Below are positions 31,433 to 40,869 of a stretch of 40,869 nt of DNA, piece after piece. Every line of letters starts with the position of its first letter. Within the stretch, counting starts at the first letter, position 1. The DNA is from Macrostomum lignano (lineage: Eukaryota): positions 1 through 40,869 of the forward strand of contig NIVC01003917.1 in NCBI GenBank assembly GCA_002269645.1, in the 5' to 3' direction. The notes beneath the pieces were generated by a model. The model was not told the DNA's origin. It did no database searches and saw only the letters and a program-made list of their open reading frames with translations. Made by a program: the position numbers and the translations under genes.

Positions 31433-32045
31433 TGTGACGCAACTGCGTATTTTAGAGGTTTTACGTGTAGGTTCACGTGATAAAAAACGCAAAAATAAAT
31501 CAAATAAACTCTGTTATTATTCTGCTATTTGTAGTGTATTTGCTACCTGCTTTATAATATATTTGTCTGAATAAACACTTCAGCTACTAGCGATATAATA
31601 ATAAATGTTTGAAGCATGCATTTATTAAATAATCAATGCTCTAAAACGTGTACATTTCGAGTTTAAATAAGCCCAATGTTTTATAACAGGCAGTCGCCAT
31701 ATGGGTACTCTTATGACAAAAAAAGATTCTGTACAGTGTTTAAAATATGGAATATTGACTTCGCCGTGTTTACATTACAAGCGGTATAAATATAATTAAC
31801 GACAAACAAATATTAGGGTAATAAAACACTGTCCTGACCACCTGCTGACTTCTGCTGCCCATTTAAAAGCGATTTTATACACACAAAAAACTGGAATTGA
31901 CCGCGATTTGAATGAGAACCATGCTTTCATAGCGGCTTCTCTGCATTTAGCATGAAAATTAGAAGCAATTCAAGCAATATTTAATTTCGGGAAACTATAT
32001 AGGTTTCTCGGAAAATTTTAGGACACTTTTCAAATATTTTAAGAA

Positions 32046-32355
32046 GAGCTGGTTGTAACCTATTGGTTAGAGGAGCGTCGGACTCACGGCTGAAAGGTCG
32101 GGGGTTCGATTCTCGACCCACTCAGAACAATTTGTGTCCTTGAGCAAGACACTTAACTCTGCATTGCTTCAGTTCACCCAGCTGTAAAATGGGTGCCAGC
32201 ATTAGCTGGGGTAATTGAGGGTGTGCGGTGACCCCCAGTCCTTGGACTGAACAGCCGTACGCAGCCTTCAGATGCGCCGAGCAATAGCTGCGGCTGAGCT
32301 GTCGGTTGCACATCTGACCATTAGGGCAGGTGTAATCAATTTTATTATTATTATT
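32046..32355 (+). mobile_element. tRNA-derived SINE with CORE/MIR-like domain, copy 2, (TTA)n tail
   Basis: Near-identical body to 21952-22236. Confidence 0.85.
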
Positions 32356-32404
32356 AGGAAGCAGGTTCTACCGAAAAAAACATTACAGTAGTGATATGAT
32401 CGGT

Positions 32405-32634
32405 TTTCATTTCTCAGCAAATAGAATACTAATTTTTAAGCGAAAAGCTTTATGAATATCAACTAGAACTATAAGAAGGCAAGACATATCAAAAGATAAA
32501 CATTGGTTCTGCCTCCCATCAGAAGGAATAACAATTTTTATTGAAAAAATGAAAACCTCCCATCTCCATAATGTAGTTTTTCGGTAAACTTCTAAAATTT
32601 TACAAGAAACGCACTTCCCATCCTTCCGTCCTTG
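32405..32634 (-). mobile_element. Diverged arm of the CAAGG foldback MITE family
   Basis: gcgaaaagctttatgaatatc...tctgcctccc...aataacaatttt...aagaaacg...ccttcc...gtccttg is collinear with the right arm of 18442-19138. Confidence 0.6.
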
Positions 32635-33199
32635 GCGCAAGCAATGAAAAAAGCAAAATTTTGATGGTTTAATAAATACAAACTATAACAATCGAGTTGC
32701 TCTACTGTTTTGAGTATAAGTAGTATATAGTATCAGTAGTCTGTTTTATACATGTATAACCACCCGCTGTTTCAGTTATTATACGCTATACATGTACATG
32801 TACGAGTTACTGTTATATTTCACAGTCCTACATATCGCTACGCTGCATCCTGCTGGTCAAAAAACGAAGACTCACTCAGCTGCAGGACTCCTGAAATGAT
32901 GGTGAATGCAAAAATGATGAGTTGGCCCCGTAAAGCTGATCTATTTGTTAAGTAGTGCTGAAGGTTAATTGGTTCCCGCGTACACTCATGCCTGATAGGA
33001 GACTCGCCCTCGGAAACAAGCCTTCCAGACTCGCTCCTAAACTAAGCCACTTCCGAGACTTCTGGGTTTCCCCGCTCTCGGACCGCTTTTCAGTAGCATC
33101 CCAAACATTTTCAAATTCTTTTCTTCGCGCACTCCCGGGACTTGTCTGCTGGGTGGTGGCTAGGGTGGACTCGGTCCTAGCACCGTCCCTGATTCCACT

Positions 33200-33500
33200 T
33201 TTGGGTTGGCGGTGTCTTAGTCCATAGGCTTGGGTTGGCGGTGTCTTAGTCCATAGGCTTGGGTTGGCGGTGCCTTAGTCCATAGGCTTGGGTTGGCGGT
33301 GCCTTAGTCCATAGGCTTGGGTTGGCGGTGTCTTAGTCCATAGGCTTGGGTTGGCGGTGTCTTAGTCCATAGGCTTGGGTTGGCGATGTCTTAGTCCATA
33401 GGCTTGGGTTGGCGGTGTCTTAGTCCATAGGCTTGGGTTGGCGGTGTCTTAGTCCATAGGCTTGGGTTGGCGGTGTCGTAGTCCATAGGTTGGGTTGGCA
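33200..33500. repeat. 29-bp tandem repeat (cttgggttggcggtgtcttagtccatagg), about 10 copies
   Basis: Directly visible. Confidence 0.93.
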
Positions 33501-34241
33501 GCTCCCCCTGGCCCAGACGTCAGGGTCTAACCTCGGGGTATCTCGGGCTACATGCCCCTGGTAGTGCCCCTCGGCGGCAGAGCACCTCCCAGGGCTGATC
33601 CGCGGGTAGCTCCCGGCTTCCCACCCCCGTTCAACAACAACAACATTCGTGCTATGGGCTGGAGCCCCAAAAACAACTGACAGATCGATAAACTAAAAAT
33701 GTGCCAATGCAAGTAACTACATTATACCTGACATTTTATTGATACTCTACTTGCAGTAAAAATATCAGAATATTCGAGTATAAAAAATTAATTCTAATTG
33801 GAACATTTTTTGATACTATACTCTACTAACAGTTGAGGCATAGGTAAATACGCAAAAATAAATAATTCTATTGTTCAACACAGGTTCTTTGCTCGTAAAA
33901 TTAACCCCTTTTTGTCACGGAAACGACGAATATATAATGCCTAAGTACATGGGTCAAATTTTATTGCTGATATTTATACATTATTCTAAGGTTTATAGCC
34001 CGGATTTTAGACCCAAAAATCCTTATCAAAAGTGCTTGCTCGACACAAAATGGCATTTGTTATATTTATCCAACTAATGCAATGCAGTCAGCAAAGTCAG
34101 CAATATTACTTACAGTAGCAATATCGCCGTCTACGTCCAATTTTTGGTCGCTCTGAATCTGAAATGATCATTTTAGTTACTAATTTACTATGCAGCCTAC
34201 TTAGTAAACAGTTTAAACAAAAGATTAAATTCTAAATCCAG

Positions 34242-34364
34242 TCAGCGCTGCAGCACCTCCGCATCCCGTTCGGCAGTCTCGACAGAGTTGGCCGACAGGT
34301 GGCTGCCCGTCTCCAGTGAGCCGACCTTGGAGGCAGCCCGCCATTCGGGCTTCTCGCTGAAGAT
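34242..34364 (-). CDS. Tau/MAP2/PTL-1-family microtubule-associated protein, terminal exon (partial repeat R6' and stop)
   Basis: cag|IFSEKPEWRAASKVGSLETGSHLSANSVETAERDAEVLQR*. Confidence 0.75.
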   Translation of the reverse strand: MFSEKPEWRAASKVGSLETGSHLSANSVETAERDAEVLQR

Positions 34365-34387
34365 CTGCATAAGGGATTTATATAATT

Positions 34388-35620
<1,233 letters not shown>

Positions 35621-35668
35621 ACTACTTTTTACTACTTTTAGTCAGTATAGTAGTACAAACGACTGTAC

Positions 35669-35758
35669 CTTCTTCTCTCCGCCGCCCGGCTTGTGCTTGG
35701 CATTGTTTAGCGAGCCGACCTTGGAGTTCACTTTCCACTCCACCTTGCTGTCGAGGAT
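35669..35758 (-). CDS. Tau/MAP-family repeat exon R5 (90 nt)
   Basis: cag|[30 protein letters not shown]|gtac. Confidence 0.87.
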
Positions 35759-36137
35759 CTGGGTCAGAATGGTCATGGCATAAACATAGGTAATGTTTAG
35801 TGTTACAAATTGTAATAAAGTGCATGCAGTGTTAATCAAGCATGTCAAGGAAAACTATATGCAAACACGTATCATGCAAGGCTTGAATAAAATTTAACTC
35901 GTGAAGTAAGATGTTGATCCGGATGAGCAGCTGGACAGACAGGGGATGAAATGGGGATTTCGTGTCAAATGAAGGCTTCAGTTCCCTTTGCCGACTCATG
36001 GGAAAATTTATCGATTGGTCCGAGCTGCATTTCCTACGCACGAGACACTCGCCACACGGAGAGCAAGAAGCACACCACAGCCAAGTTTCTTCTGCTGTGT
36101 TCTTTTCTGCAGCCGCCATTTCCTGACTGGCACTCAC

Positions 36138-36227
36138 CTTCTTGTCGCCTCCGCCTGCCTGGTGCTTGGCATTCTCTAGCGACCCAACCTTTGACTCCGC
36201 CTTCCACTCTACTTTCTGGTCTACGAT
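36138..36227 (-). CDS. Tau/MAP-family repeat exon R4 (90 nt)
   Basis: cag|IVDQKVEWKAESKVGSLENAKHQAGGGDKK|gtgagt. Confidence 0.87.
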
Positions 36228-36257
36228 CTGCGGCGTAGGGGAATGCGGGAGTTCGAG

Positions 36258-37666
36258 CTGACATAATTTATAGCGTACCTGACATAATCTATAGCATACC
36301 TGACAATAATCTATAGCGTACCTGACATAATCTCTAGCGTACCTGACAGTAATCTATAGCATACCTGACAATAATCTATAGCATACCTGACAATAATCTA
36401 TAGCGTACCTGACATAATTTACAGCGTACCTGACAATAATCTATAGCATACCTGACAATAATCTATAGCATACCTGACAATAATCTATAGCATACCTGAC
36501 AATAATCTATAGCATACCTGACAATAATCTATAGCATACCTGACAATAATCTATAGCATACCTGACAATAATCTATAGCATACCTGACAATAATCTATAG
36601 CATACCTGACAATAATCTATAGCATACCTGACAATAATCTATAGCATACCTGACAATAATCTATAGCGTACCTGACATAATTTACAGCGTACCTGACAAT
36701 AATCTATAGCATACCTGACAATAATCTATAGCATACCTGACAATAATCTATAGCATACCTGACAATAATCTATAGCGTACCTGACATAATTTACAGCGTA
36801 CCTGACAATAATCTATAGCATACCTGACAATAATCTATAGCGTACCTGACATAATTTACAGCGTACCTGACAATAATCTATAGCATACCTGACAATAATC
36901 TATAGCATACCTGACAATAATCTATAGCGTACCTGACAATAATCTATAGCATACCTGACAATAATCTATAGCGTACCTGACATAATCTATAGCATACCTG
37001 ACATAATCTATAGCGTACCTGACATAATTTACAGCGTACCTGACAATAATCTATAGCGTACCTGACAATCTATAGCATACCTGACAATAATCAATAGCGT
37101 ACCTGACAATAATCTATAGCATACCTGACAATAATCTATAGCATACCTGACAATAATCTATAGCGTACCTGACATAATCTATAGCATACCTGACATAATC
37201 TATAGCGTACCTGACATAATTTACAGCGTACCTGACAATAATCTATAGCGTACCTGACAATAATCTATAGCTTACCTGACATAGTCTATAGTATTCCTGA
37301 CATAATCTATAGCATACCTGACAATAATCTATAGCATACCTGACAATAATCTATAGCATACCTGACAATAATCTATAGCGTACCTGACATAATCTATAGC
37401 GTACCTGACATAATCTATAGCGTACCTGACATAATTTACAGCGTACCTGACATAATCTATAGCGTACCTGACATAATTTACAGCGTACCTGACAATAATC
37501 TATAGCGTACCTGACAATAATCTATAGCTTACCTGACATAGTCTATAGCATACCTGACATAATCTATAGCGTACCTGACATAATCTATAGCGTACCTGAC
37601 ATAATCTATAGCATACCTGACATAATCTATAGCGTACCTGACATAGTCTACACTATGCCTGACATC
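36258..37666. repeat. 20-22-bp minisatellite (atctatagcatacctgacaata), about 65 copies, intronic
   Basis: Directly visible. Confidence 0.97.
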
Positions 37667-37823
37667 ATAAAATTGCAGTCTGACATACGATTACAATCCA
37701 CTTTGAATCCATTTGTCAGACAATAAGTTTGAGAAAGTTTACCATCAATTCAACATCTGTGGCAGCAGGTTCTCAGCACCTCATCAGCATCTCTGACCAG
37801 TCTGCGCCTGTCAAACAGCTCAC

Positions 37824-37913
37824 CTTTCTCTCGCCGCCTCCGGGCTTGTGCTTCGCATTGTCCATTGAGCCAATCTTAGAAGCCACATTCCACTCCAACT
37901 TCTTGTTCTCGAT
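37824..37913 (-). CDS. Tau/MAP-family repeat exon R3 (90 nt)
   Basis: cag|[30 protein letters not shown]|gtgag. Confidence 0.88.
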
Positions 37914-38098
37914 CTGCAGAATTCAATTTCGACAATTCAACTTCGTCGCATTTCAAAACAGAAGTTTTGAAGTAAACAGAAGTAAGTTACACGCACCCGG
38001 GTTTGGGTTGAGTTTCGAAAAAATTATGAGAATTCAAGATCCTAGAAAGTCAAGTCTAATATCCCAAGAGATCCCACTGAAGGTCAAGTCCAACATCC

Positions 38099-38230
38099 TA
38101 TGAGATCCATGAGGGTCATGGCCAGCCTCCATGAGATCCATGAGGGTCATGGCCAGCCTCCATGAGATCCATGAGGGTCATGGCCAGCCTCCATGAGATC
38201 CATGAGGGTCATGGCCAGCCTCCATGAGAT
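38099..38230. repeat. 31-bp tandem repeat (catgagatccatgagggtcatggccagcctc), about 4 copies, intronic
   Basis: Directly visible. Confidence 0.92.
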
Positions 38231-38240
38231 CTGAGCTCAC

Positions 38241-38330
38241 CTTTCTCTCGCCGCCTCCGGGCTTGTGCTTGGCATTGTCCAGTGAGCCAATCTTAGACTG
38301 CACCTTCCACTCCGGCTTGGCGCTGAATAT
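38241..38330 (-). CDS. Tau/MAP-family repeat exon R2 (90 nt)
   Basis: cag|[30 protein letters not shown]|gtgag. Confidence 0.88.
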
Positions 38331-38400
38331 CTGTTGGAATTAACGTTAATTATTCATCTTAATCATCAGCAAGAATAAAGGCTACGCGCAGTGAACTCGC

Positions 38401-38483
38401 CTTCTTCTCGCCGCCACTTGGTGTGTGCTCTGCGTTGTCAAGGGAACCGATTTTCGACCGGGCAGCCAGCTTCTTCTTGGCCT
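38401..38483 (-). CDS. Tau/MAP-family repeat exon R1 (83 nt, GC donor)
   Basis: ttttcag|(E)AKKKLAARSKIGSLDNAEHTPSGGEKK|gcgagt; in frame with R2 across a 70-nt GC-AG intron. Confidence 0.8.
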
Positions 38484-38537
38484 CTGAAAATTATTGTTTC
38501 CAGGCAGTTCTTAGGAGCTGAGCATCATGAGAATCCG

Positions 38538-40030
38538 ACAACTATCCCTGTGGCAGCCATCCCGGTTACAGCCATCCCAGGTGGCAACCATCCCGGTTGC
38601 AGCCATCCCTGTGGCAACCATCCCGGTTACAGCCATCCCAGGTGGCAACCATCCCGGTTGCAGCCATCCCTGTGGCAGCCATCCAGGTTACAGCCATCCC
38701 AGGTGGCAACCATCCCGGTTACAGCCATCCCAGGTGGCAACCATCCCGGTTACAGCCATCCCAGGTGGCAACCATCCCGGTTACAGCCATCCCTGTGGCA
38801 ACCATCCCGGTTACAGCCATCCCAGGTGTCAGCCATCCCAGGTGACAACCATCCAGGCGACAACAACCCCAGGTGACAACCATCCAGGTGACAACCATCC
38901 CAGGTGACAACAACCCCAGGTGGCAACCATCCCAGGTGACAACCATCCAGGTGACAACAACCCCAGGTGGCAACCATCCAGCTGACAACAACCCCAGGTG
39001 ACGATCATCCAGGCGACAACAACCCCAGGTGACAATCATCCAGGTGACAACAACCCCAGGTGGCAACCATCCAGCTGACAACAACCCCAGGTGACAATCA
39101 TCCAGGCGACAACAACCCCAGGTGACAACCATCCAGCTGACAACAACCCCAGGTGACAAACATCCAGCTGACAACAACCCCAGGTGACAATCATCCAGCT
39201 GACAACAACCCCAGGTGACAACCATCCAGCTGACAACAACCCCAGGTGGCAACCATCCCAGGTGACAACCATCCAGGCGACAACAACCCCAGGTGGCAAC
39301 CATCCCAGGTGACAACCATCCCAGGTGACAACCATCCAGGTGACAACAACCCCAGGTGGCAACCATCCAGGTGACAACCATCCAGCTGACAACAACCCAG
39401 GTGACAATCATCCAGGTGACAACAACCCCAGATGGCAACCATCCAGGTGACAACAACCCCAGGTGGCAACCATCCAGGTGACAACAACCCCAGGTGACAA
39501 CCATCCAGCTGACAACAACCCCAGGTGACAACCATCCAGCTGACAACAACCCCAGGTGACAATCATCCAGGTGACAACAACCCCAGATGGCAACCATCCA
39601 GGTGACAACAACCCCAGGTGGCAACCATCCAGGTGACAACAACCCCAGGTGACAACCATCCAGCTGACAACAACCCCAGGTGACAATCATCCAGCTGACA
39701 ACAACCCCAGGTGACAATCATCCAGCTGACAACAACCCCAGGTGACAACCATCCAGCTGACAACAACCCCAGGTGGCAACCATCCCAGGTGACAACCATC
39801 CAGGCGACAACAACCCCAGGTGGCAACCATCCCAGGTGACAACCATCCCAGGTGACAACCATCCAGGTGACAACAACCCCAGGTGGCAACCATCCCAGGT
39901 GACAACCATCCAGCTGACAACAACCCCAGGTGACAATCATTCAGGTGACAACAACCCAGATGGCAACCATCCAGGTGACAACAACCCCAGGTGGCAACCA
40001 TCCAGGTGACAACAACCCCAGGTGGCAACC
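38538..40030. repeat. Complex 15-16-bp minisatellite (ggtgacaaccatcca / acaacaacccca), 1.5 kb, intronic
   Basis: Directly visible. Confidence 0.96.
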
Positions 40031-40107
40031 GTCAGCAACTAAAAATAGCATAACTACAGCGTGTCTTCATTTCCAAGAGAAAATCAAGTGCTCATCAGTC
40101 AGCGCAC

Positions 40108-40123
40108 CGGAATCAGCTGAGGC
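40108..40123 (-). CDS. Candidate 16-nt microexon of the tau/MAP-family gene (ASADS+E)
   Basis: ttcttgcag|GCCTCAGCTGATTCCG|gtgcgc; phase 0 to phase 1, which bridges the 32-nt exon to R1. Confidence 0.35.
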
Positions 40124-40217
40124 CTGCAAGAATGGAAAATGAAATCTGTTATTTTAACGCCATTCTATTCATCAAATCCGAAAGTGTAGCCAGTAGCGTT
40201 GAGGCGCTTGAACTCAC

Positions 40218-40249
40218 CGACAAAGAGCTGCTGACGGGCCTAGCGGGTC
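40218..40249 (-). CDS. Candidate 32-nt exon of the tau/MAP-family gene (PARPVSSSLS)
   Basis: ttatccacag|...TTGTCG|gtgagt; both splice sites are strong. Confidence 0.45.
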
Positions 40250-40544
40250 CTGTGGATAAGCATAGAAATTTCTTTAACTACTGGGTGCAGAATTGCAGTG
40301 GGCAAAGCGGTAAAAGCATTCAATAAAAGTGCAAATTGCGGTACTGACTGAAGCTGGGTTAGAGGCAAGCGAACTTCAGCGCGCTTTGGATGAAGAAGTA
40401 CATTGAGTCACGTGCCCCTAACGGTCAAGTGCATCTGGAATTCATTTGTCTCTCTCTCCAACTGTCTAGCAGCAATCTCTTTCCCTGCGCCATCTGTTCC
40501 TTCTGAATCTATCCATCTGCACTGCAACTTTAATTAATTTTAAT

Positions 40545-40869
40545 GCATGGAGGGGTAGATAAGGGAGAGGTAGATACAGAGGTAGATAAGGGACAGGTAG
40601 ATAAGGGACAGGTAGATAAGGGACAAGTAGATAAGGGACAGGTAAATAAGGGACGGGTAGATAAGGGACAGGTAGATAAGGGACAGGTAGATAAGGGAGA
40701 GGTAGATAAGGGAGGTAGATAAGGAGAGGTAGATAAGGGAGAGGTAGATAAGAGAGAGGTATGATGAGGAAGAGGTAGATAAGATAGAGTAGAGGGAGAG
40801 TAGATAAGGTAGAGGTCGATAAGGGAGGGTTGATAAGGAAAGGGTAGATAAATGAGAGTTAGAGAGGTA
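40545..40869. repeat. 15-bp purine-rich tandem repeat (gtagataagggacag), degenerating toward the window end
   Basis: Directly visible. Confidence 0.9.

Noticed and set aside
38391-40142. Numerous long ORFs (for example 38719..39717) over the 15-16-bp array
   Set aside because: Open in many frames only because the satellite lacks stops. The real coding signal is the short tau-like exons.

Overview
Eukaryotic (animal) genomic DNA. GC-rich Gly/Ala-coded exons, many intronic tandem repeats and the retroelement types suggest an invertebrate such as a macrostomid flatworm (inference only). The main feature is a 15.7-kb Polinton/Maverick (adintovirus-like endogenous dsDNA virus) at 1694-17378. It has AGTAG...CTACT termini, 190-bp TIRs and about 14 genes: integrase, protein-primed PolB, adenain protease, packaging ATPase, major and minor capsid proteins, a parvovirus-type PLA2, an adenovirus pX-like protein and several orphans. 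Almost every resolved disruption is a net single-base loss and I found no nonsense substitutions, so the element may be intact in the animal and damaged only in the assembly. Its two ends sit in different host genes with no target-site duplication: a satellite in a TENT5/FAM46 intron on the left and a coding exon of an MFSD8-like transporter on the right. The rest of the window holds an intact three-exon SERBP1-like gene with an expanded RGG array, the 3' part of a tau/MAP2/PTL-1-family gene with one 90-nt exon per microtubule-binding repeat (missed by the ORF track), several MITEs with clear TSDs, a tRNA/CORE-like SINE family, a LINE fragment and many satellites. No CRISPR arrays, rRNA genes or true tRNA genes were found.
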